Assembly (NCBI GenBank): GCA_963701965.1
Contig: OY969695.1
Location: 4,480,001 to 4,544,000, forward strand
DNA from: an uncultured Gemmatimonadales bacterium
GTDB lineage: Bacteria > Gemmatimonadota > Gemmatimonadetes > Gemmatimonadales > Gemmatimonadaceae
Length of the DNA: 64,000 bases
Direction of reading: 5' to 3'
Position numbers and translations under genes: made by a program
Shown: positions 9,886-22,628 of the stretch, piece after piece
Numbering within the stretch: the stretch's first letter is position 1
Layout of the letters: each line of letters begins with the position of its first letter
The notes under the pieces: model-generated
Databases searched by the model: none
What the model saw: only the letters and a program-made list of their open reading frames with translations
What the model was told of the DNA's origin: nothing

Positions 9886-10368
9886 ATGGCTATGGCGGTG
9901 AGCGGTGGCGGGGGCGTCAAGGCCGAGCCCAACGTCACACCGATGATCGACGTCATGCTGGTGCTCCTGATCATCTTCATGATCGTGATTCCGACGATCA
10001 CCGCGGGCTTTCAGGCGACGCCCCCCAAGGGCGTCAACCTGAAAGCGCACCCCGAGGAAGAAGGCGATCAGGTGCTCGGTATCGACCTTAAAGGCACATA
10101 CTATCTGAACAAGAAGCCGATCCGTCCCGAGGATCTGGGTCCGGCGCTCAAAGCGATCTACAATGCACGGACCGAGGACAAGATCCTGTATCTCAAGGCG
10201 GACAAGGATCTGGAGTATTCGAAGGTGATCGACGCGGTCGACCTCGCGTCCAAGAACGGCGTCCGCGTGACGGGGATGATCTCCGATCAGACGCCGGGAA
10301 CGGCCTCGACGGTCACTGGCGACAATCCGATGGAGAAGCAGGCCCCGGCGGCCGGAGGGAAACCGTAA
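9886..10368 (+). CDS. exbD: ExbD/TolR biopolymer transporter (copy 1)
   Basis: NVTPMIDVMLVLLIIFM with the conserved Asp; LKADKDLEY. Confidence 0.92.
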   Translation: MAMAVSGGGGVKAEPNVTPMIDVMLVLLIIFMIVIPTITAGFQATPPKGVNLKAHPEEEGDQVLGIDLKGTYYLNKKPIRPEDLGPALKAIYNARTEDKILYLKADKDLEYSKVIDAVDLASKNGVRVTGMISDQTPGTASTVTGDNPMEKQAPAAGGKP

Positions 10369-10787
10369 TGGCAATGTCCGCGGGGGGCGGTGGCAGCGGC
10401 CTGACGAACGAGCCGAATGTCACCCCAATGATCGACGTGTTGCTGGTGCTGCTGATCATCTTCATGCTGGTCGTGCCGATGGCGCGGAAGGCGATCGACA
10501 TTCAGCTGCCGGATCCGACGCCGCAGGTTGCGCACGTGCAGAACTCCGACCAGATCGTGCTCGAGGTGTGCAAGAACCAGAGCTATACGATCAACAAGCA
10601 GCCGGTCGACCCCAGTTCGCAAGCGCTGGCGACCAAGGTCAAGACGATCTACGATGGCCGGCCGGAGAAGATCATCTTCGTGAAAGGATGTCCCGAAGCG
10701 AAATACCAGGACATCATCACGGCGATGGACGTCGCGCGCGGCTCGGGTGTGAAGGTCATCGGTATCCCGCCAAAGGACACCAAGTAG
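10368..10787 (+). CDS. exbD: ExbD/TolR biopolymer transporter (copy 2)
   Basis: NVTPMIDVLLVLLIIFM; 1-nt overlap with copy 1. Confidence 0.9.
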   Translation: MAMSAGGGGSGLTNEPNVTPMIDVLLVLLIIFMLVVPMARKAIDIQLPDPTPQVAHVQNSDQIVLEVCKNQSYTINKQPVDPSSQALATKVKTIYDGRPEKIIFVKGCPEAKYQDIITAMDVARGSGVKVIGIPPKDTK

Positions 10788-10811
10788 GCGCGTTTCACGT
10801 AGATTGAAAGC

Positions 10812-11609
10812 ATGACAGGCGATGCACCCACCGGCGGCCGACCCTATCGGCCGCCGGTCGGCATTCCGGGTGGTCCGGAGCGGCGCTGGCGAGGTGTGCT
10901 GGCGGCGATCCTGGTCCACGCCGCGCTCATCGCGCTCCTGCTCGTCCCGGCGGTGGGCGCCGCAATCGTGGCACTCAACCCGCGCGCCGCGGGCCTGTTC
11001 GGTCGTCCCGGCGGCGGCGGCGGCGGCGGTGGCGGGGGCGCCCGGGGCGGACACCTCTGGGAGCGACTGCACTACATACAGATTGCGCCCGACCCACCGC
11101 CGCCACCGGTGCGCGTCGCGCCGACTCCCCACGTCCCGAAACCCGTGCCCGTCGCGCCGGCGCGCGAGCCGCCGACGGCGGCGGTGGTGCCGCCCGCGTC
11201 CGCCGAGACGACCCAGGTCGCCAGCGCTCCGGGAGCGGCTGGCGAAAGTGCTCCCGGGGCGGGCGCCGGCCCGGGTACCGGCGGTGGCACCGGGTCCGGC
11301 CAAGGCTCGGGTACCGGGTCGGGCAGAGGACCAGGAACCGGTGGTGAGGGCGCCACGAAGATCCGGGCCTCGACAAAGTTCTTCAATGTCTATGTCGACC
11401 CGCCAAAGGGTCCCCGCCCGTTCCACCTCGTCGCCGTTTTCGCGGTAGCCGCCAACGGCACGGCCCGTCTCCTGACTTTCAACAAAGCGGACGACGGCGC
11501 CTTCAACCGGAAAGTCCACGACCGGCTGCTGGAGACGGAGTTCCACCCGGCCACCCTCCGCGACGGCACGCCCGTGAGCGACACCGTCGAGGTGACCGCG
11601 GACTACTAG
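10812..11609 (+). CDS. Membrane-anchored Pro/Gly-rich protein with a divergent TonB_C-like C-terminus
   Basis: TM with LVH, Gly- and Pro-rich linkers, C-terminal FHPATLRDGTPV resembling TonB_C FxPA...GxPV. Confidence 0.6.
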   Translation: MTGDAPTGGRPYRPPVGIPGGPERRWRGVLAAILVHAALIALLLVPAVGAAIVALNPRAAGLFGRPGGGGGGGGGGARGGHLWERLHYIQIAPDPPPPPVRVAPTPHVPKPVPVAPAREPPTAAVVPPASAETTQVASAPGAAGESAPGAGAGPGTGGGTGSGQGSGTGSGRGPGTGGEGATKIRASTKFFNVYVDPPKGPRPFHLVAVFAVAANGTARLLTFNKADDGAFNRKVHDRLLETEFHPATLRDGTPVSDTVEVTADY

Positions 11610-11689
11610 GTCGGGCCGGGGCGCCCGTCCGGTTCTGGCCAAGCCGTCGGCGGCCGAATACCTTTGCCAAGCTTAACACCCGAGGTGGA

Positions 11690-13150
11690 ATGAGCAGCGC
11701 CGCCGCGCAGTCGGACGCGACACGAGCTGAATCACGACCGCACGCGGACTTCGTCAGGGCGCTCACCCTCACCGATGCGACCATGTTGGTCGCCGGATCG
11801 ATGGTCGGCTCGGGCATTTTCATCGTCTCGGCTGACATCGCGCGCACCGTCGGATCGCCGTTCTTGCTGCTCGCGGTGTGGGGAATGACCGGGATCATCA
11901 CGCTGCTCGGCGCCCTCGCCTACGGCGAGCTGGCCGCAATGTATCCTCGCGCCGGCGGTCAATACGTATTCCTCCGCGAGTCCCTCGGGCCGTTGCTGGG
12001 CTTCCTCTACGGTTGGACCCTGTTCTTGGTCATCCAGACGGGCACGATCGCGGCGGTCGCCGTCGCGTTCGGCCGATTTCTCGGCGTCCTGATCCCGTCG
12101 ATCACGCCCGATCATTACACCTGGTTCCCGTACGCCAAGGTCAACACGCCGGGTGGCCCCATCGAGATCGGGCTGTCCACCCAGCGCGTCGTTGCCATCG
12201 CGTCGGTCTGGGTGCTGACCTGGATCAATTTGCGGGGGGTCCGCGAGGGCAAGTGGGTGCAGACCACGCTCACCGTGGTCAAGGTCTCCGCGCTGGCGGG
12301 TCTCATCCTCCTGGGCCTCACCGTCGGGCGTAGCCCGACCGCCATCGCCGCCAATTTCTCCGCCGGCCACTTCACGGCCGGCCCGTCGATCACCTGGATC
12401 GTCTTCGCGTCCGCGCTCGTGGGCTCATTGTTCTCCAGCAATGCGTGGAACAACGTGACGTTTGCGGCCGCCGAGGTGCAGAACGCCCGCCGCAACTTGC
12501 CGCTGGCGCTCCTCTTGGGTACGGGGCTGGTCTCGATCCTGTACGTGACGGCCAACGTCTCCTATCTGTCGGTCCTCCCCCTCTCGGGGATCGCGCATGC
12601 CGCGCAGGACCGGGTCGGAACGGCGGCCGCCGAGGTGATCTTCGGCGGCTCGGCGGCCTCGATCATGGCGGTCGCCATCTTGATCTCGACCTTCGGCTGC
12701 AACAACGGGTTGATCTTGTCGGGCGCGCGCGTCTACTACGCGATGGCGCGCGACGCGCTCTTCTTCCGTTCAGTGGGCACGCTCAACACCCGTGGGGTCC
12801 CCGGCGCCGCGCTCGTGGTCCAGGCGATCTGGACGACGTTGCTCTGCCTCACGGGGACCTACAGCCAGCTGCTCGCCTACGTTATCTTCGCGGCGCTGGT
12901 GTTCTACGTCCTGACCACGATCGGCTTGTTCGTGCTCCGGGTCCGCCGGCCGGACGCCGAACGCCCGTACCGCGCCGTCGGGTACCCCGTACTCCCGGCG
13001 TTGTACATTCTCCTGGCGACGGCGACGGCCGTCGCCCTCTTGATCGCGGATCAGACGCGGGCGCAAGCCCTCATCGGCCTCGTGCTGGTGCTGATCGGCG
13101 TGCCGGTCTACTTCGTCTGGCGACGCGCGGGCCTTCCACCTTCTTCTTGA
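11690..13150 (+). CDS. APC-family amino acid permease
   Basis: GSMVGSGIF, YGELAAMYPRAGGQYVFL, ~12 TM segments, ERPYRAVGYP. Confidence 0.92.
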   Translation: MSSAAAQSDATRAESRPHADFVRALTLTDATMLVAGSMVGSGIFIVSADIARTVGSPFLLLAVWGMTGIITLLGALAYGELAAMYPRAGGQYVFLRESLGPLLGFLYGWTLFLVIQTGTIAAVAVAFGRFLGVLIPSITPDHYTWFPYAKVNTPGGPIEIGLSTQRVVAIASVWVLTWINLRGVREGKWVQTTLTVVKVSALAGLILLGLTVGRSPTAIAANFSAGHFTAGPSITWIVFASALVGSLFSSNAWNNVTFAAAEVQNARRNLPLALLLGTGLVSILYVTANVSYLSVLPLSGIAHAAQDRVGTAAAEVIFGGSAASIMAVAILISTFGCNNGLILSGARVYYAMARDALFFRSVGTLNTRGVPGAALVVQAIWTTLLCLTGTYSQLLAYVIFAALVFYVLTTIGLFVLRVRRPDAERPYRAVGYPVLPALYILLATATAVALLIADQTRAQALIGLVLVLIGVPVYFVWRRAGLPPSS

Positions 13151-13154
13151 GATC

Positions 13155-15344
<2,190 letters not shown>

Positions 15345-16800
15345 GCCGATCGCCGCCCTCGTCCCTGAGGGCGAGGGTGTCCTCCGGCGCGCGCTCGGCG
15401 CCGGCGACCTCATGATGTTGTCGATCGGCGCGGTGGTGGGAGCGGGCATCTTCAGCTCCATCGGCAGCGCGGTCGCGGGACAGCTGGATGCGGCGGGACA
15501 CGTGGTGCGGAGCGGCGCGGGTCCCGCCGTCCTGTTTTCGTTCATGCTCTCGGCCTTCGCCTGCGCGCTGGCGGGCCTGTGCTATGCCGAGCTCTCGGCC
15601 ATGATTCCCCAGGCCGGGAGCGCCTACGCGTACTCCTACGCGACCCTGGGCGAACTCGTGGCCTGGATCATCGGTTGGGATCTCATCCTCGAGTATGCGG
15701 TCGGCAACGTCGCCGTCGCCATCTCGTGGTCCCAGTACTTCACGAACGTCTTGGCCGACATCCATATCGTCCTACCGGATTGGATGATCACGGGCTACCG
15801 AACCGCCCTGTTGTCGCCCGACCCGGCGGTGCACGGTCTCCTGGGGAGCGCGCCGAAACTATTTGGCATACCGGTGCTGGTGAACGTTCCCGCGTTCGCC
15901 ATCGTCGCGCTCATTACGTGGCTCCTCTGCTTGGGCGTGCGCGAGAGTGCGCGAACGAACCGCGTGTTGGTGGCCGTCAAGCTGTTGGTGCTGGCCCTGT
16001 TCGTCGGCGCCGGGTTCTTCCATGTGCACCGGGAGAACTACACGCCATTCGCGCCGAACGGGTTCGCCGGCATCCATCACGGCGCCGCCATCATCTTCTT
16101 CGCCTACATCGGCTTCGACGCCATCTCCACGGCCGCCGAAGAGACGAAGGATCCCCAGCGCAACATGCCGCGGGGGATCATGGGCGGCCTTGCACTGTGT
16201 ACGCTCATTTATATCGTCATCGGGACGGTTCTGACGGGCATGGTGCCGTGGCAACAGTTGGGCGTCGCCGATCCGCTGGCCAAAGCGCTCGAGTACTCCG
16301 GCCTCCACGGCATCTCCAGCCTCCTGTCGCTGGGCGCCGTGTTCTCCATGGCCGCGGTGCTACTGGTCTTCCAGTACGGACAGCCCCGCATCTTCTTCTC
16401 GATGGCGCGCGATGGCCTGCTGCCAAATTGGGCGGCGCGGGTCCATCAGAAGTACCGGGTGCCGTGGGCCACGACCATCGCGACGGGCGTGTTCGTCGCC
16501 CTGTGGGCGCTCATCGGCGATGCCGCCGAGACGTTCGATCTGACGAACATCGGAACGTTGTTCGCGTTCGTCCTCGTCTGCTTCGGCGTCCTCGCGCTGC
16601 GGATCAAAGAGCCGAACCGGCACCGTCCGTTCCGCGTCCCGTTCATCTGGCCTGTCGCTGTAGGCGGCGCCGCCGCCTGCGTCTTCCTCATGGCCGGACT
16701 GCCGGGCGTGGCCTGGGAGCGATTCATCGTGTGGCTGATCATCGGCCTTTCGCTCTATTTCGTGTACGGCATTCGGAAGTCGGCCCTGAGGCGGTAGCGC

Positions 16801-18039
16801 TTGGCCAAGCGCCCGGGCCTCACGGCATGGATCGTCGTCGGCATGGTGGCCGGCTTGGCGATTGGATGGGCGGCACCGACGGTGGGCGTGGCGCTGGAGC
16901 CACTCTCCACCGTGTTCTTGCGGATGATCCGGTCGCTGGTTGTCCCGCTCATCTTCTCGACCCTGGTCGTGGGCATCGCCGGTCAGGGCGACGACATTCG
17001 ACGCGTCGGCCGGCTCGCCTTCCGCTCCCTCGTGTTCTTCGAAGTGGTGACGACGCTGGCGCTGGTCGTCGGCCTGATCATGGTGAACGTCATGCAGCCC
17101 GGATTGGGCATCACGCTTCCGGTGTCACCGGCGGATGCCACGGACCTCACGGGCAAGATGACCACCTTCTCCGGCGTGCTGGAGCACATCGTGCCGCAGA
17201 GCGCCGTCAATGCCGCGGCGCGCAACGAGGTGCTGCAGATCGTCTTCTGGGCGATCTTGTTCGCGCTGGCGCTCTCCCGCACGCGGGAGCGGGCCCGGAC
17301 GACAATGCTGGGGTTCTTCCAGAGCCTGTCCGAGATCACGTTCCGCATGGTGGACATCGTGATGCTCTTCGCGCCGATCGGCATCGCCTCGGCGCTGGCG
17401 GCCACCATCGGCCATCACGGCCTCGGCGTGTTGGGCAACCTCGGCAAACTGGTCCTGACGCTGTACGCCGCCCTCGCGGTCTTCCTCGTCGTGGGTCTCC
17501 TGCCCACCGCGATCCTGGCGGGTGTGCCCGTGCGCGCGTTCCTGCGCGCCGTACGGGATCCGGCGCTCATTGCGTTCTCGACCTCGACCTCGGAAGCCGC
17601 GCTGCCCCGCGCCATGGAGCAGATGGAGGCGCTCGGCGTGCCCTCGCGGATCGTCGCGTTCGTGATCCCCGCGGGATATTCCTTCAACCTCACGGGGAGC
17701 ACGCTCTATTTGGCCGTCGGCGCGCTCTTTGCCGCGCAAACGGCCGGCATCGCGATGAGCCTGGGTCAGCAGCTGGTCATGATGCTGACGCTCATGCTCA
17801 CGAGCAAAGGCGTGGCCGGCGTCCCGCGGGCCGCGCTGGTGATTCTGTCGGGCGCGCTCGTCACCTTTCACCTGCCGGCCGAAGCCATCGCGCTCATGCT
17901 CGGCGTCAATGCGTTCATGGACATGGCCCGCACGATGGTGAACGTCGTCGGCAACTGCCTGGCGGCGGTCGTGGTGGCGCGCTGGGAAGGCGACTTCGGC
18001 GGGGCGAGCCTCCCCGCGTCCGCTACGCCCGCACCGTAA
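16801..18039 (+). CDS. Dicarboxylate/amino acid:cation symporter (DAACS, GltP/DctA family)
   Basis: FLRMIRSLVVPLIF, AFSTSTSEAALP, GYSFNLTGS, SKGVAGVP, MDMARTMVNVVGN. Confidence 0.9.
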   Translation: MAKRPGLTAWIVVGMVAGLAIGWAAPTVGVALEPLSTVFLRMIRSLVVPLIFSTLVVGIAGQGDDIRRVGRLAFRSLVFFEVVTTLALVVGLIMVNVMQPGLGITLPVSPADATDLTGKMTTFSGVLEHIVPQSAVNAAARNEVLQIVFWAILFALALSRTRERARTTMLGFFQSLSEITFRMVDIVMLFAPIGIASALAATIGHHGLGVLGNLGKLVLTLYAALAVFLVVGLLPTAILAGVPVRAFLRAVRDPALIAFSTSTSEAALPRAMEQMEALGVPSRIVAFVIPAGYSFNLTGSTLYLAVGALFAAQTAGIAMSLGQQLVMMLTLMLTSKGVAGVPRAALVILSGALVTFHLPAEAIALMLGVNAFMDMARTMVNVVGNCLAAVVVARWEGDFGGASLPASATPAP

Positions 18040-18952
18040 GAAGCCGCAGCGCGCCCCGCACCGCGCCGCGCGCGGGGACGACCTCGGCAGCCCGGAGCTG
18101 AGCCCCTGGGACGGCCGTGGCCAGCCGCCGTTCCAAGCGTCCGCGCAGCGAAGAGCCGCGGGAGAGGAGTCCACCGGCCAGCGCCACGGGAACGGCCGCG
18201 CGCTCGTCGATGAACAGCTGCCGCGCCAGCGTCCGCACGTGGATCACGAGCTCCTCGGCCGCGAAGGCGAGCAATGTTTCGGCCCGGGCGTCGCCGGCAT
18301 CCGCGCAGTGGATCACGGCGGGCGCCAACGCCGCGAAATCCGCCGGCGTCGCCCGCGACGCCCACGGGATCAGCGCTTCGACCGAGTCGACAACGGCCGC
18401 GGTCAGCACCGCGCCGGTGAGCGCCGTCTCGGGCTCGCGGCCATCCGCCGCCGCGGCCACGACGCCGAGTGCGCGCCGGCCAATCCACGCGCCGCCGCCC
18501 TCGTCGCCAAAGACGGGTCCCCAGCCGCCGCTCCGCGCCAGCGTGCCGGTCGGCCCCCGCCCAAACGCCACCGAACCCGTCCCGCCGATCAACATGACGC
18601 CGGGCCCGTCGCCGAACGCGTCGTCGAGTGCGACCGTGGCGTCGGCCTGCACGATGACCTCTTCGGCGACGTCGCGCGCCACCAGCGCCTGCCAGAGCGC
18701 GTCGCGCTCGTCGGGACGCCCCGCGCCTGCCGCCCCAACGCAGGCCACGCTCGGGAAAGCCTCGGACATGCCCGCGTGCGCCAGCGCGTCCCGGATCGTC
18801 GCCGCAATCACATCGGCCGCCCGCTCGGCCTCCCCCGGCCGAATCGCGCTCGGCGGTCCCTCGACCGATCCGAGCTCGGTGCCCGTGGCGTCGGCCACCA
18901 AGACGCGGGTCTTGGACCCTCCGCTGTCCACTCCAATGACGATCTGAGTCAC
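18023..18952 (-). CDS. BadF/BadG/BcrA/BcrD-family sugar kinase (GlcNAc/MurNAc kinase-like)
   Basis: GVDSGGSKT, GGTGSVAFG, RSGGWGPVFGDEGGG; peptidoglycan-salvage gene context. Confidence 0.85.
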   Translation of the reverse strand: MTQIVIGVDSGGSKTRVLVADATGTELGSVEGPPSAIRPGEAERAADVIAATIRDALAHAGMSEAFPSVACVGAAGAGRPDERDALWQALVARDVAEEVIVQADATVALDDAFGDGPGVMLIGGTGSVAFGRGPTGTLARSGGWGPVFGDEGGGAWIGRRALGVVAAAADGREPETALTGAVLTAAVVDSVEALIPWASRATPADFAALAPAVIHCADAGDARAETLLAFAAEELVIHVRTLARQLFIDERAAVPVALAGGLLSRGSSLRGRLERRLATAVPGAQLRAAEVVPARGAVRGALRLLTVRA

Positions 18953-20424
18953 GCTGGAACCTCCTGAATCGCCGGCGACGTGTGCGTCAGCGATGATGCC
19001 ATACCGGTCAGTGTTGTAATGGTCATGCCAATGAGCACATACCAGGGGAACGCAATGTGTTTCGCGATCGTCGGGGTGAGCCAGACGATCACCATGGTCA
19101 AGATGCCGATCCCCATACCAATGATGGCATCACGCTGCTCGGCGCGCCGCCAAAAGAGCGCCAGGAAGAACCCGCCGAGCAGTCCGCCGAACGTGAACGA
19201 CGCGATCGTCAGGGCGACTTGGACGACGGGAGTCCCTTGCGCGTGATAGAGCAGGGCGCCGCCCGTGAGCGCGGCGCCCCAGATCAACGTCCAGAGGCGC
19301 GCCAGCGCGAAGACCCGCGGGTCGTCGGCCGGCCGCTTGGCGATCGGCAGGTAAATGTCGTGAATCGTGGAAGCCGCCAGCGAGTTGATCGCGCCAGAGT
19401 GGGTACTCATCGTGGCGGCGAGAATCGCGGCGACGACCAATCCCACGAGGCCCGGGGGCATGTGCTCCAGGATGAAGCTTGGGAACACGTCATCCGCCTT
19501 CGCGAAGACCCGGCCGTGGTACACATCGAAGAGACCAATGCCAATGGCGAGAAACAGGGCGAACTGGACGAAGACGACGGCGCCGCTGCCAATGAGCGCA
19601 CGCCGCGCGTCGCGGAGCGACGACGCGGCCAGCAATCGCTGGACAATCAGCTGATCCGCTCCGTGCGACGCCATAGTCAAGAATGCGCCGCCGATCACGC
19701 CTGCCCACAACGTGTACGGACGCGCGAAGTCGAGGGCCGGGTCGATCACCCGCAGTTTACCCGCGGCGGACGCGTGGGCGACGATCGTGGGCCAACCACC
19801 GGATACCAATCGACCAATGAGCACCACCGCCGCAATGCCGCCGATGAGATAGACCCCTGTCTGGATGACGTCCGTCCACACGACGGCGCGCATCCCGCCG
19901 TGGTACGTGTAGAGCACCGTGAGGGCGCCGAGGATGAGAATGGCCAGCGGCATGACGAGCGTGGGCCGCACGGTGCCTTGGAGGATCAAGGCGACGGGGA
20001 TGGCCGTGGCGAAGACCCGCACCGAGTCCGCCATGGCACGCGTGGCCATGAAGATGATCGACGCAAAGCGGCGCGCGCCGATCCCGAAGCGGCGCTCCAG
20101 CAGCGCATACGCGGTGATCAGCTCGCCCTGGTAGTAGCGTGGCAGCAAGGTGTAGGCGACCACGACGCGGCCGATCACGTACCCCATGGCCAGTTGCAGG
20201 AACGTGAAATTCCCGAGATACGAGAGGCTGGGGATGCTGATGAACGTCAGCGCGCTGGTCTCCGTCGCGACGACGGAAATCAGAATGGCCCACCACGGAA
20301 TCGAGTGATTGGCGACGAAGTAGTCGCTGGCGTTCTTTTGGCGACGCCCGAGCCGGAGTCCAACAGCCGTCGTGCCCGCCAGGTAGGCGAGCAGGACGGC
20401 GAGATCAAACCAAGTGAATGTCGC
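18949..20424 (-). CDS. Sodium:solute symporter (SSS family); N-terminus lacks a canonical start codon
   Basis: The frame is open upstream of ATG 20187 with SSS-like sequence TFTWFDLAVLLAYL...DYFVA...PWWAILISVVATETSALTFISIP. It also has YHGGMRAVVWTDVIQ and DQLIVQRLL. Confidence 0.85.
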   Translation of the reverse strand, partial: ATFTWFDLAVLLAYLAGTTAVGLRLGRRQKNASDYFVANHSIPWWAILISVVATETSALTFISIPSLSYLGNFTFLQLAMGYVIGRVVVAYTLLPRYYQGELITAYALLERRFGIGARRFASIIFMATRAMADSVRVFATAIPVALILQGTVRPTLVMPLAILILGALTVLYTYHGGMRAVVWTDVIQTGVYLIGGIAAVVLIGRLVSGGWPTIVAHASAAGKLRVIDPALDFARPYTLWAGVIGGAFLTMASHGADQLIVQRLLAASSLRDARRALIGSGAVVFVQFALFLAIGIGLFDVYHGRVFAKADDVFPSFILEHMPPGLVGLVVAAILAATMSTHSGAINSLAASTIHDIYLPIAKRPADDPRVFALARLWTLIWGAALTGGALLYHAQGTPVVQVALTIASFTFGGLLGGFFLALFWRRAEQRDAIIGMGIGILTMVIVWLTPTIAKHIAFPWYVLIGMTITTLTGMASSLTHTSPAIQEVPA

Positions 20425-20435
20425 GCGCTGGACGG

Positions 20436-20795
20436 CTAGGCCGAGAACGAGCTACCGCAGCCGCAGCCGCCGGTCGAGTTCGGATTCTTGAAGACGAACC
20501 CCGAACCCTGCATCGACGACGTATAGTCGATCGTCACGTTCTGGACGTATTGGGCCGAGAACGGATCGACGAAGATCTTGAACCCCTCCGCATCGACGAC
20601 GAAATCGTCTTCCGCGCTGTGATCTTCGATCAAAAGGCCGTACTTGAACCCGCTGCACCCACCGGGCTGGACGCTGACGCGAAGGCCACCCACCTCCGGC
20701 GACACGCCCTCGGTCTCCATGAATTTCTTCACTTCCGCGCACGCCATTGGCGTGACGGTCAGCATGACGTCGGGCTGCTGTGTTGTGCTCATCAC
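20436..20795 (-). CDS. HesB/IscA/ErpA-type Fe-S cluster carrier protein
   Basis: GGCSGFKY and C-terminal GCGCGSSF. Confidence 0.95.
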   Translation of the reverse strand: MMSTTQQPDVMLTVTPMACAEVKKFMETEGVSPEVGGLRVSVQPGGCSGFKYGLLIEDHSAEDDFVVDAEGFKIFVDPFSAQYVQNVTIDYTSSMQGSGFVFKNPNSTGGCGCGSSFSA

Positions 20796-22622
20796 GTCCC
20801 TCCAGGTATGTCCGTAATATAGCGCCTTTCGGTCTCAGGCAATTGGGCGGGTCGCCCCATTCGATCCTGGCGGAACGACCGGCCGATCCAGGCAAACGCG
20901 ACCCCCGCGACCGCCAAGAGCCCCCAGCCGTAGGCGGTCTCGCCGAAGACCAGCTTGCCGATCCCGAACAGGGTCGCGTAGACCGCAATGATCCCCGCCA
21001 CCCAGTTCGTCCACGCCAGCGCGCCGCCTTCGATCGGTTCCCGCCCAAATCCCGCGCGTTCAGCCACAACCCGCCATCCCGGGCCGCCCGGCCGGACGCG
21101 ACGGTAAAAAGCCTCCAGTACGCCAGCCGGTTCCGGCGACGTCAAGAACGTGGCGGCGACCCAAATCACGGTCGTGATGGCGACCGTCACGATCATGATC
21201 CACGCGTCGGCGTTTGGGTCGCCCGGCGCGAAGCGCCCGGGGATAACAGTGAGAGCGATGGACGACACGACGAGGGAGCCGATCATCGCGCTGATCTCCG
21301 ACCAGGCGTTGATCCGCGACCAATACCAGCGCAGGATCAGCACCAGTCCCGTCCCGGCCCCGACGGCCAGCAGGTATTTCCACGCTTGCTCGATCAATGA
21401 CAGCTGGGTCGTGACGACAATGGATAAGAGAAAGAGACCGATCGTCGCGACCCGGGAGGCCGCCACATAGTGATGATCGTCGGCGTCGCGCTTTACGAAT
21501 CGCTTGTAGAAATCGTTGACGAGGTAGGACGCGCCCCAGTTGAGCTGCGTGCCGATCGTCGACATGTACGCCGCCGCGAAACCCGCCATCATGAATCCCC
21601 GCCACGGCGTCGGCAGCAAGTCGACGAAGGCGTGGACATACCCGGATTCTTTGTCGACGAGATTGGGATACAGGATCACCGTGGCCAGGCCCGTCACCAC
21701 CCAGGGCCAAGGCCGCAGCGCGTAGTGGGCGATCTGGAAGAACAGCGTCGCCAACACGCCATCGCGCTCGGTCCGCGCCGCGAAGATCCGCTGGGCCACA
21801 TAGCCGCCGCCGCCCGGCTCGGCGCCCGGGTACCACGTCGCCCACCATTGGACGGAGAAAAACACGCCAAGGGAGAGCAACGGCATCCACGGGTACGCGT
21901 GGAACCCGTGCGCGTCGTGCGTCACGGGTAAGACCGACAGGGCGGCCGTCTCACTGCCGAAGTGGGCGGCGACTCCGGCTTTGAGCGCGGCGATCCCGCC
22001 GACGGCGCGGACGGAATAGACCGCCAGCACGATGACCGCCGCCATCTTCACGACGAACTGCACCAGGTCGGTCCACAGGACGGCCCAGAGGCCGGCGGCG
22101 ACCGCGTACACGGCGGTGGCCGCGAAGCAGAATGCTCACGGCCACCCAGGGCGAGACGCCGAGCGCGATCCCGAGAATCTTGATCATGGCCCGGGTGACC
22201 CAGCCCATGATGATCACATTCATCAGGACGCCGAGGTAGATCGCCCGAAACCCCCGGAGGACGGCCGCGGCCCGTCCGGAGTAGCGGATCTCTGCGAACT
22301 CGACGTCGGTCATGACATTGGCCCGGCGCCAGAGGCGGGCGAAGAAAAACACGGTCAGCATGCCGCTCATGACCATGTTCCACCACAGCCAGTTGCCGGC
22401 GACTCCGTGGTTGGCCACGAGACCCGTGACCAGCAGGGGCGTATCGGCCGCGAACGTCGTCGCGACCATGGAGGTACCGGCCAGCCACCACGGGACGTCG
22501 CGCCCGGACAGGAAGTACTCGGACAGGCTCTCGCCAGCGCGCTTCGTAAAGACGAGACCGATCGTCGTCGAGAACGCGAAGTACGCGGCGACGATGATCC
22601 AGTCCAGCGGTGTTATGTTCAT
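20792..22622 (-). pseudogene. Sodium:solute symporter split by a +1 frameshift near 22131 (pseudogene or sequencing error)
   Basis: 5' part MNITPLDW...SMVATTFAADTPL; 3' part GLWAVLWTDLVQF...GAEPGGGGYVAQR. Removing one base in AGCATTCTG joins the frames (..VSICFAATAVY..). Confidence 0.8.
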
Positions 22623-22628
22623 CCCCAA

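Noticed and set aside
11010..11039. GGC triplet run
   Set aside because: It encodes an in-frame poly-Gly linker, with no sign of phase variation.
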